From the NCBI GenBank assembly GCA_030613245.1, contig JAUWMI010000019.1:6728-70727 (forward strand): 64,000 nt of DNA, read 5' to 3'. The notes under the pieces are model-generated. The model made no database searches. It was given only the letters and a program-made list of their open reading frames with translations, and had not been told where the DNA came from. Source of the stretch: Candidatus Sumerlaeota bacterium. GTDB lineage: Bacteria; Sumerlaeota; Sumerlaeia; MWCT01; JAUWMI01. Position 1 is the first letter of the stretch. Each line of letters begins with the position of its first letter. The position numbers and the translations under genes were made by a program. This document shows positions 36,322 to 44,207 of this stretch, piece by piece.

Positions 36322-38079
36322 ATGGCAACAGTAACTATTGATGACCAGAAGCTGGAGATAGAAGACGAGAAGACGATACTTGATGTGGCGAAAAAGCTGG
36401 GGATAAGAATTCCAACGCTCTGCCATAACGAGATGATTGAGCCGTATGCAGCGTGCAGAATATGTTCGGTTGAGATAGTGAGAGGGAAGCGGCGCAGAAT
36501 AGTAACGGCGTGTAATTATCCAGTTTCGGACGGGCTGGTGGTTTATTCGAATAATGAGCGGGTGCGGAAGATACGCAAGATAATACTGGAGTTGTTGCTG
36601 GCGCGATGTAGTGCGGAGGTGCCGATCCTAAAGGAATTGGCTGAGGAATATGGGCTTGAGGAATGGCGGTTCGGTCGCGGGAAAGAAGAATGCATACTGT
36701 GCGGTCTGTGCGTAAGGGTATGCGATGAGATAGTCGGTGTGCAAGCGATAGCGTTTGCGAATAGAGGAGCGGATAGGGAGGTGACCACGCCATTTGGAAC
36801 AGAGTCGGAGGCGTGTATCGCGTGTGGGGCGTGTGCGTTTGTGTGTCCGACAGGTGCAATAAAACTAGAGGAACTAGAGGGCCTCCAGATAGTTCACCAG
36901 GATTTGTGCTTAGGTCCGGCAAGGGCGATAGCGGTTCCGTTCTTGCAAGCCGTGCCGAATGTTCCAGTGATTGATAAAGATGCCTGTATTCATTTCCGAA
37001 CCGGTGAGTGCCACATCTGTGAAAAAGTTTGTGAGCCAGAGGCGATTAACTTTGAAATGGAGGAGAAGGAGATCGAGGTTGAGGTCGGAGCAGCCATTCT
37101 CGCCACCGGTTTTGAACCGTTCGATCCTAGTGTAATAACGCAATATGGATATGGCAGAATGAAGAACGTCATAACCTCGCTGGAATTTGAACGAATGAAT
37201 TGTGCAGCCGGCCCCACAGCTGGCAAGATTTTAATGGTTGATGGTAAGGAGCCAAAGAGTGTGGGGATTATCCATTGCGTAGGGAGTCGCGATAAGGAGT
37301 ATCACGAGTACTGCTCTGCTGTGTGTTGTATGTATGCGCTGAAATACGGCCACCTGCTGAAGGAAAAGATTAATGCTGAAGTGTATAACTTCTATATAGA
37401 TTTGCGCTGCTATAAAAAGGGCTATGAGGAGTTTTATCACCGATTGCTGGAAGAAGACATCCGCTTTGTGCGTGGTAAGGTAGCAGAGGTCTCCGACTTT
37501 GCCATTTATGAGAAAGAAAGAGGCAAACTGATCATCCGTTGTGAAGACACTCTGATCGGTATTATCCGCAGAATCCCCGTGGATATGATAGTTCTCTGTA
37601 CCGCAATCCAGGCACGATCTGATGCTCTGGAGACCGCCCGCACATTTACGATCGGACAAGGTAAGGACGGCTTCTTTATTGAAAAGCATCCAAAGCTTGC
37701 ACCGGTGGCAACGATGAACGACGCCATTTATATTGCCGGTGTATGCCAGGGGCCAAAGGATATTCCAGAGTCTGTAGCACAGGGGTCTGCGGCGGCGTCT
37801 GCTGCGCTCTCTGCTCTGGTTAAAGGGAAAGCGGAAATCGAATCAATTGTTGCAGTGATTGACGAGGATAAATGCGCAGGATGCCGCATTTGCAACGGGT
37901 TGTGCCCCTCAACGGCAATTAGCTTTGATGAGGAGAAAAAGATCTCAGTAGTCAACGAGGCGTTGTGTAAGGGGTGCGGAACATGCGGGGCAGGCTGTCC
38001 AAGTGGTGCTATTACCAGTCGCCACTTCACTGACCGCCAGATAGTTGCGGAAATTGAGGGGATTATGCAGGGGCCCTGA
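36322..38079 (+). CDS. chimeric Fe-S flavoprotein: N-terminal 2Fe-2S plus 4Fe-4S module (~200 aa) fused to the C-terminal ~385 aa of HdrA
   Basis: TLCHNEMIEPYAACRICSVEI..ACNYPV (2Fe-2S), CILCGLCVRVC, CIACGACAFVCP. Then HdrA blocks ARAIAVPFLQAVP, CIHFRTGECHICEKVCEP, ATGFEPFD, YGYGRMKNVITSLEFER, CVGSRD..YCSAVCCMYALK. C-terminal CAGCRICNGLCP and CKGCGTCGAGCP. Confidence 0.8.
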   Translation: MATVTIDDQKLEIEDEKTILDVAKKLGIRIPTLCHNEMIEPYAACRICSVEIVRGKRRRIVTACNYPVSDGLVVYSNNERVRKIRKIILELLLARCSAEVPILKELAEEYGLEEWRFGRGKEECILCGLCVRVCDEIVGVQAIAFANRGADREVTTPFGTESEACIACGACAFVCPTGAIKLEELEGLQIVHQDLCLGPARAIAVPFLQAVPNVPVIDKDACIHFRTGECHICEKVCEPEAINFEMEEKEIEVEVGAAILATGFEPFDPSVITQYGYGRMKNVITSLEFERMNCAAGPTAGKILMVDGKEPKSVGIIHCVGSRDKEYHEYCSAVCCMYALKYGHLLKEKINAEVYNFYIDLRCYKKGYEEFYHRLLEEDIRFVRGKVAEVSDFAIYEKERGKLIIRCEDTLIGIIRRIPVDMIVLCTAIQARSDALETARTFTIGQGKDGFFIEKHPKLAPVATMNDAIYIAGVCQGPKDIPESVAQGSAAASAALSALVKGKAEIESIVAVIDEDKCAGCRICNGLCPSTAISFDEEKKISVVNEALCKGCGTCGAGCPSGAITSRHFTDRQIVAEIEGIMQGP

Positions 38080-38281
38080 CGTGCAATTGACTTGAGTCTA
38101 CCGATGTAAAGTAGGAATAAGCAGGTTTTCATGATTGAGCGACATGCAGGAGAGCCATGTCGCTTAATTTTCCTATATGCCTCTTTTTTACACACCCTCT
38201 TTACATGCCTTGCCCAATGCCCCTTGCTCTTATCGTTCAAATAGGTGCTTGGGCCAGCCTTGGTGCGCGGCGTGGAAATAG

Positions 38282-38309
38282 GGAGGGCAGGTTTGAAACC
38301 TGCCCCTCC
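38282..38309. repeat. REP-type palindrome, family A variant
   Basis: ggagggcaggtttgaaacctgcccctcc. Inner stem as in the copy at 13130. Confidence 0.7.
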
Positions 38310-38464
38310 ACTTGGAAACGATATAAATATACAACAGATGTTGCAGCGTATACTATTGTTGTCTCAAGGGTTACATTTCTAATTAAACATTAATGGACAG
38401 TTTTTTGCCTCGAAGGAATGGATTCCTGAGAGCCATTTTTCTTGAATATACCAGCCATTTTTTC

Positions 38465-38493
38465 TTGACAGAGAGAAGCAAGATGACATATAT
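38465..38493 (+). promoter_or_regulatory. candidate promoter of the rrf2-cysH-sat operon
   Basis: TTGACA at 38465-38470, then a weak AT-rich -10 (atatat/tatatg) after 17-18 nt; ~37 nt upstream of the ATG. The -35 overlaps the second copy of a direct repeat AGCCATTTTTCTTGA. Confidence 0.3.
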
Positions 38494-38529
38494 GACTTAC
38501 ATTACCAACATAATTAACATGGGGCTATC

Positions 38530-38976
38530 ATGAAAATTTCGGCAAGATGTGACTATGCATGTCGCGCAGTGCTTGAACTGACACTCGCTTACCCGAGCGG
38601 GGAATTGCTCAGGATTTCTGACATTGCGGCGAGTCAGAATATTCCTCCCAAATATCTTGTTCAGATATTGATCCAGCTCAAGCGAGCAGGACTGTTAGCA
38701 AGTACGCGGGGGAAAAGCGGCGGATATCGCCTGGCAAAGCGTCCGGACCAGATCTGTGTGGGTGATGTTGCAAGGGCAATAGACGGACCGCTAATGCTGA
38801 TTGGGTGCATTGACCCTGGGGCCAAAAAGGCGTGTCCACAGTTTGAGAGCTGTGCTTTCAGGCAGATGTGGAAAGAACTTGAGAAGAAGATAACCGGGTT
38901 ACTGGATAGTGTGACCTTTGAAGATATCGGCAATAGATTGAAGGATTCGGTGGAAATAGCGATGTACGAAATATAA
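38530..38976 (+). CDS. Rrf2-family transcriptional regulator (IscR/CymR-like) with three clustered Cys
   Basis: MKISARCDYACRAVLELT..ISDIAASQNIPPKYLVQILIQLKRAGLLASTRGKSGGYRLA. Cys ligand candidates in GCIDPGAKKACPQFESC. Confidence 0.9.
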   Translation: MKISARCDYACRAVLELTLAYPSGELLRISDIAASQNIPPKYLVQILIQLKRAGLLASTRGKSGGYRLAKRPDQICVGDVARAIDGPLMLIGCIDPGAKKACPQFESCAFRQMWKELEKKITGLLDSVTFEDIGNRLKDSVEIAMYEI

Positions 38977-39032
38977 TTTTTTGAGACAAATGTTTACCAA
39001 GTTAATCATATTAGTTTTAATGGGAGGCGTAT

Positions 39033-39785
39033 ATGGCTCAAGAACAGAACACTCAGAAACTAGAAAGGGAGATCCAGCCGCTCCAGGACAGTGACGCGGA
39101 ACAGGTGGTGCGCTGGGCGCTCGAGCGTTTTGATGATCAGGTTGCTCTGGCCTCTAGCTTTGGCGTTGAGGATATGGTTCTGACTGATATGATGCTGCGT
39201 ATATCTCCACGTGCCCGCATCTTTACCCTCGATACTGGGCGGCTTCCGAAGGAGACGTATGACCTGATGGAGCGGGTGCGCGAGCGCTATGGAGTGAGAA
39301 TTGAGGTCTTTGCTCCCCAGAGTTCTCAGCTCGAGAAGATGATTTCAGAGAGCGGGCCGAATGCGTTTTATCGTTCGATTGAGTTGCGCAGGCTATGCTG
39401 CAACGTGCGTAAGGTGGAGCCACTTGGCCGCGCATTACAGAGTCTGTCGGCGTGGATTTGTGGCCTGAGACGCGCACAGGCTGTAACACGCCAGGAGCTA
39501 AAAAAGCTGGAAATTGATGAGGCGCACGGCGGAATGCTGAAGATTAACCCCCTTCTTGAGTGGAGTGACAAGGAGGCCTGGAACTACGTCATGGAGCGCG
39601 ATGTTCCGTACAATGTGCTTCACGATCGGAGCTACCCAAGTATTGGGTGCGCACCATGCACGCGAGCAGTGCAGCCAGGGGAAGACATCCGGGCGGGCCG
39701 CTGGTGGTGGGAGACTCCAGAACAAAAGGAATGTGGCCTTCATCGGACGGGTTCTTCAAAGACTGATACTACAGGAGGGCAATAA
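39033..39785 (+). CDS. cysH: adenylylsulfate/phosphoadenylylsulfate reductase, Fe-S type (assimilatory)
   Basis: PP-loop-like ALASSFGVEDMVL, RLCCNVRKVEPL plus IGCAPCT (CC..CxxC cluster ligands), C-terminal KECGLH. Confidence 0.9.
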   Translation: MAQEQNTQKLEREIQPLQDSDAEQVVRWALERFDDQVALASSFGVEDMVLTDMMLRISPRARIFTLDTGRLPKETYDLMERVRERYGVRIEVFAPQSSQLEKMISESGPNAFYRSIELRRLCCNVRKVEPLGRALQSLSAWICGLRRAQAVTRQELKKLEIDEAHGGMLKINPLLEWSDKEAWNYVMERDVPYNVLHDRSYPSIGCAPCTRAVQPGEDIRAGRWWWETPEQKECGLHRTGSSKTDTTGGQ

Positions 39786-41008
39786 TGGCTGGTGGTGGAA
39801 TAGCACCCCATGGAGGGCGGCTGGTCAATCGAATGGCCTCGCCGGATGAGCACGAGAGCTTGCTGAGCGAAGCGCAGGGCCTGAAACGTGTGCAGTGCAA
39901 GGCACGTGAACTGGGTGACCTCACAAAGATCGCGATCGGGGCCTACAGTCCCCTGGAAGGATTCATGACGCAGGCTGATTACGAGCGCGTGGTTGAAGAA
40001 AAGCGCTTGAATAGCGGGTTGGTGTGGACAATACCGATCACGCTGGCCGCAGGTCGTGAGGATGTGCGGGGTATCGGGCCGGGCGAGCGAGTGGCGCTTG
40101 TTGATGCAGAGCAGAACTTGCGTGGAGTGATGGATATCCATGACATCTATGCTTACGATAAGGAGCGTGAGGCGAGTTGTGTTTACCTGACCACGGATCA
40201 GGAACATCCGGGGGTGCGAGCGCTGTTTGAACGTGGTGAGTTGCTGCTTGGCGGATCGGTGACCGTATTTAACCAGAGTGGGCCGCATCCTTATGCTCCG
40301 TATTATCTGAAACCAGAGCAGACGAGAGCTACGTTTCAAAAGCGAGGGTGGCGACGGATCGTTGGATTTCAGACGCGCAATCCGCTCCACCGGGCGCATG
40401 AGTACATACTTAAGTGTGCAATGGAAATTACGGACGGGCTGTTTTTAAGCCCGCTGGTGGGTGAGACGAAACCAGGGGACATCCCAGCATCAGTGCGTAT
40501 GCAATGCTATGAGGCGATGCTTCGCTCCTACTTTCCAGCGCAGCGCGTCGTATTGGGTGTAATTGACGTGACAATGCGCTATGCAGGGCCGCGGGAGGCG
40601 GTTTTTCATGCACTGATCCGGCAGAATTTCGGATGTACGCATTTCATTGTCGGGCGCGACCATGCGGGCGTGGGCCAGTTCTACGGGCCATTTGATGCCC
40701 ACAGGCTATTTGAGGAGATAGGGGAAAGAGAGATTGGGATCCAACCGCTCTTCTTCGACGGTTCATTTTACTGCCGACGATGCCTGGCAATAGTGACCGC
40801 GCGAACCTGTCCGCACAAGGAAACAGAGCACCGGCGGCTGAGCGGGACCGAGGTGCGCGAGCTGCTGGCGCGCGGCGAGCAGCCGCCAGAGGAGCTCATG
40901 CGGCCCGAGGTCGCAGAAATTCTGCTTGAGGCGTATCGTGACGGCACATGGCAGACGCCGCAGGGCGGCCGTCCCGCCAAGGATCAAACAACCACAAAAC
41001 AGAGATGA
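39785..41008 (+). CDS. sat: sulfate adenylyltransferase (ATP sulfurylase)
   Basis: GFQTRNPLHRAHEYI and IVGRDHAGVG motifs. Start overlaps the cysH stop (TAATG). Confidence 0.95.
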   Translation: MAGGGIAPHGGRLVNRMASPDEHESLLSEAQGLKRVQCKARELGDLTKIAIGAYSPLEGFMTQADYERVVEEKRLNSGLVWTIPITLAAGREDVRGIGPGERVALVDAEQNLRGVMDIHDIYAYDKEREASCVYLTTDQEHPGVRALFERGELLLGGSVTVFNQSGPHPYAPYYLKPEQTRATFQKRGWRRIVGFQTRNPLHRAHEYILKCAMEITDGLFLSPLVGETKPGDIPASVRMQCYEAMLRSYFPAQRVVLGVIDVTMRYAGPREAVFHALIRQNFGCTHFIVGRDHAGVGQFYGPFDAHRLFEEIGEREIGIQPLFFDGSFYCRRCLAIVTARTCPHKETEHRRLSGTEVRELLARGEQPPEELMRPEVAEILLEAYRDGTWQTPQGGRPAKDQTTTKQR

Positions 41009-41121
41009 TTGATCTTCAGATATCACTGGTTGGGTTTGTGATTGGCATCCTTGTCGGGCTGACAGGTGTTGGTGGGGGTGTGCTCATGACTCCCCTGCTA
41101 ATAGCTTCAGACTTTTCATAA
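41005..41121 (+). pseudogene. 38-codon remnant of a TauE/SafE-type sulfite/anion exporter gene
   Basis: ATG overlaps the sat stop (ATGA). MIDLQISLVGFVIGILVGLTGVGGGVLMTPLLIASDFS-stop. LTGVGGGxLMxP is the first-TM signature of the ~250-aa TauE/SafE family. Not in the ORF track (<60 aa). Confidence 0.55.
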
Positions 41122-41142
41122 ACAAAGGTGGAGGGGTTAGAG

Positions 41143-42135
41143 ATGGCGGATAAGTTTATAGAGGATAAAGACAATAAAATAAACGTAGATACACAAATTG
41201 AAGGGAAGACAGGGACGATAGATTTTAACCTCCTCAAATCCGGTGGTTTGATTAAGCAGAGACAAATAAATATGTTTACCGTGAGGTTGCGGTGCCCTGG
41301 AGGTAGGGTTCCACTTTCCAAATTAGAGAAGATTGTGGAAGTGGCAAAGAAATATGCCGGCGATTATGTGCACCTGTCTTTTCGGCAGTCTATTGAATTG
41401 CCTTATGTGGATTACCGCAACTTTAAAGTCATATACGAGGAACTAGGCGAAGCAGATCAAAAAGTAGCCTCCTGTGGCCCACGAGTCAGGGTGCCCACGG
41501 CTTGTTCGGGGTGCGAATATAATCCCAATGGACTCACGGACACACAGAAGATGGTAAGGTTGGTAGACGAGAAATTTTTCGGGCATAGGCTTCCTCACAA
41601 GTTTAAGATATCGTTCTCGGGTTGTCCCATAGATTGTGCCAGAACAAGCGAGAATGATCTGGGCTTTCAAGGTGCGGTAAAGCCAGAATGGGATGAAGAG
41701 ACTTGCATTGGTTGCCGTATTTGCTCGAAGGCATGTAGCGAGGGAGCTATTGAGAGCGATGCAGAGACGGGCAAACCGATATATTATCCTGAGAAGTGCC
41801 TGTATTGCGGAGACTGTATCCGTTCCTGCCCTACGGATAGCTGGAAGGAGAAAGTTAAGGGATGGATGGTACGAGTTGGTGGCAGGCACGGAAGGCATCC
41901 TATTGTTGGGCATAGAATTGCTGAATTTATTTCAGATGAGGATGTGCCGAAGTTTATCGAAGCTATCATAAAATGGTATGAAGAAAATGGGAAAGAATAT
42001 GGGAGGACAAGAATAGGGGTTATCTTGCAGATTCTCGAAAAATGGAAAGACTTTCTCAGCACCATGAGAGAAGTATTCAAGGATAGAATATTAGCAAACC
42101 CGATGTCCCCAACGAAGAATGAGATACATTTTTAA
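41143..42135 (+). CDS. small siroheme-type sulfite/nitrite reductase-like protein with inserted 2x[4Fe-4S] ferredoxin domain
   Basis: RLRCPGGRV..HLSFRQSIELP, CGPRVRVPTACSGCEYNP, SGCPIDCARTSENDLGF, CIGCRICSKAC..CLYCGDCIRSCP. SD AAGGTGGAGGGG precedes ATG 41143. Confidence 0.75.
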   Translation: MADKFIEDKDNKINVDTQIEGKTGTIDFNLLKSGGLIKQRQINMFTVRLRCPGGRVPLSKLEKIVEVAKKYAGDYVHLSFRQSIELPYVDYRNFKVIYEELGEADQKVASCGPRVRVPTACSGCEYNPNGLTDTQKMVRLVDEKFFGHRLPHKFKISFSGCPIDCARTSENDLGFQGAVKPEWDEETCIGCRICSKACSEGAIESDAETGKPIYYPEKCLYCGDCIRSCPTDSWKEKVKGWMVRVGGRHGRHPIVGHRIAEFISDEDVPKFIEAIIKWYEENGKEYGRTRIGVILQILEKWKDFLSTMREVFKDRILANPMSPTKNEIHF

Positions 42136-42166
42136 ATATTTAAACCCGGATTTTGCATTAAGAAAG

Positions 42167-42309
42167 GCGAGGGGAACCCTTTGGAAAAAGGGTTGCCCCT
42201 CGCGCTCCCCTCCTAAACCTTTAGCTGCGGGCGATTTCATCCGCCTCCACCAGGCTTCGGCGAATGAAATCGCCATTAGCCGCTGGTTCACCTTTTGGTG
42301 AACCAGGCA
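42167..42309. repeat. family C structured repeat, second copy
   Basis: Aligns with 6626-6767. Lies 32 nt downstream of the sulfite reductase stop. Confidence 0.85.
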
Positions 42310-42458
42310 GTTATGCCGACAGGAGTCCTGAATGACAGACTTTCGTCTGGTTGTGGCAGTTTATTTGCCTTATCCTTAAGGGCAACTGCAAGATTTGGGT
42401 TAAATAGAAGACATGTATGCTGGTAGTGAGTCAGGTAGGGAGAATATGGGATATTGAA

Positions 42459-42487
42459 GTAGGGGCGACCCGGCGGGTCGCCCCTAC
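42459..42487. repeat. REP-type palindrome, family A
   Basis: gtaggggcgacccggcgggtcgcccctac. Confidence 0.85.
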
Positions 42488-42513
42488 AATCTTGCTACCG
42501 AGTAATCTGGAGC

Positions 42514-44148
42514 CTATTCGCGGAAGATGATATCGCCGGGGCTCTGGGTGCCGTTTGTAGGGTTGTATTTTAGTGCGGCGAAATCATCACGCATGTCCGG
42601 GCCTGCGCTATAAAGCCTGTATGCGTCGCCGACTTTCTCGTATCTGAAATTCTTTTCGGTAAAGGGGTCAAGAGGAATTGGGTTTAAAATATCCGCAAGT
42701 TCATCAACCCCGTCGGGATAAGTGTTGTTTCGGCGCTTGAAAAGCTCTAAAGCAGCCATGATTCTTGCCCCCACGGCGTAAGCTTTTTTGGTGGTATCTC
42801 TTACGAGTGGCCTAGAGAAATTTGGTATGCTTATTTTAGTAACTGGGTCCATTTTTTTGAGCCACGAATCCATATCGAACGTAATGGCTTCAGGATAAGG
42901 CTTCTTCGCATACTTAATTGCCTCGGTCCAGAACTTCGTATTGTTCTTTATCATTTTATTCTTCATGAAGGGGAAGACTATGGAACGGAGCAGAATCTTG
43001 CCCAGAGTGTTGGGCTTTCCTAATGTGTCTGACTGTTCAATTGAGTGAACAAAGCCGAGATGCTTGTGCCAGAACGCAGTGGCCAATGGCGGGCTGGTCT
43101 GCTCAAGCTCTTCCAGCTCTTCGAGTAATCCTTCAAGATGGGTAGGATCGAGCTGGGTATTGATGAGAAATCCCCCCAGTGCCTTATAGGCTCCTGTTTC
43201 GCAGTACATACTAATTAGCTTTTCGATAAGCATACCGTTGCCGACTGACTGGCCAAATTTAATGGCGTCAATGTAGTTACGTATAGCCTTTTCAGGTTTT
43301 CCCTCTGCTTCGAACTTCTTTCCCTGGGCGATCATTAATCGGGTCAACGTTTGCATTAAGAGGAAATTGGGAAAGGCGCTTTCAAAATGAAGCTCTTTCT
43401 CAACCACTACCAATTTTGCAAAAGGCCTTTTTGCACCTTGATGTATGAGGGTAAATGCTTGCTCATTCCTCTCTAGCAAAGCCTGCAAATCGTCGAGTTC
43501 GCCCTGCCAGCCTTCTAGCGTTACGGTTGTTGCCATCTCCATTGCCGCGGAATCTTTAGGATCGTTCAAATCATATCGAAACTTTTTCAATGCCAGCATA
43601 AACTCCTTTATGCCGTTATCATCCGCAGCGCGTGCGAGTTGCTGGTTCTCATACACATACCAGCGACCTGGGACTCCCATCAATGCATCATCAGCAGGAG
43701 CGGAGATATGCCTGACAATATCGCCATCACTGATTGTGCCATACTGCGGGTTGTAAAAGACGCTTGCAGCGTCGTCGTCAGTATCCGGGCCGTAGCTGTA
43801 GAGAGTAGCCGCTGCTTTTTCACCTTCGCCTCGCTTTATGTATTTGTACGGATTTTCTCCCCTACCTACTGGCCGACGATCCAGATTGAACGGATCAGTG
43901 GGGTCCTTCCACCCAAGGAAGTCTATAGGCTCAGAAAGGGAGGCCAATGAATCAGGAAATGTGTTGTGGGTAGAGAAATAATCTCCGAGTGTTAGCTTGA
44001 GGGTTTTCAGGTCAACCTCAACAGCAGCGATTTTTTCTTCTATGGTGAGCTTAGGCTTACGCGGCGGAGGGTTGGAAATATAACTTATCACAACTGCTAA
44101 AAACACGCCGATTGCTATGGTTGCCAAAATCAGCCAGTATTTCTTCAT
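42514..44148 (-). CDS. membrane-anchored protein with two GspG/pseudopilin-like domains flanking a helical domain (paralogue 1)
   Basis: MKKYWLILATIAIGVFLAVVISY anchor. YSYGPDTDDD..DGDIVRHI and YRLYSAGPDMRDD..PGDIIFRE resemble T2SS GspG C-terminal strands. No G/FTLIE prepilin motif. Confidence 0.65.
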   Translation of the reverse strand: MKKYWLILATIAIGVFLAVVISYISNPPPRKPKLTIEEKIAAVEVDLKTLKLTLGDYFSTHNTFPDSLASLSEPIDFLGWKDPTDPFNLDRRPVGRGENPYKYIKRGEGEKAAATLYSYGPDTDDDAASVFYNPQYGTISDGDIVRHISAPADDALMGVPGRWYVYENQQLARAADDNGIKEFMLALKKFRYDLNDPKDSAAMEMATTVTLEGWQGELDDLQALLERNEQAFTLIHQGAKRPFAKLVVVEKELHFESAFPNFLLMQTLTRLMIAQGKKFEAEGKPEKAIRNYIDAIKFGQSVGNGMLIEKLISMYCETGAYKALGGFLINTQLDPTHLEGLLEELEELEQTSPPLATAFWHKHLGFVHSIEQSDTLGKPNTLGKILLRSIVFPFMKNKMIKNNTKFWTEAIKYAKKPYPEAITFDMDSWLKKMDPVTKISIPNFSRPLVRDTTKKAYAVGARIMAALELFKRRNNTYPDGVDELADILNPIPLDPFTEKNFRYEKVGDAYRLYSAGPDMRDDFAALKYNPTNGTQSPGDIIFRE

Positions 44149-44207
44149 AGCCGCGCGCCCCCTGTTAATATAGAGCACTGTCGGATTAAGGACGATTACT
44201 CCACAGG

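Noticed and set aside
36335-36922. 195-aa minus-strand ORF
   Set aside because: Antisense to the 2Fe-2S/4Fe-4S part of 36322..38079, with Pro/Ser/Leu-rich low-complexity translation.
39740-40399. 219-aa minus-strand ORF
   Set aside because: Antisense to sat, which carries unambiguous ATP sulfurylase motifs.
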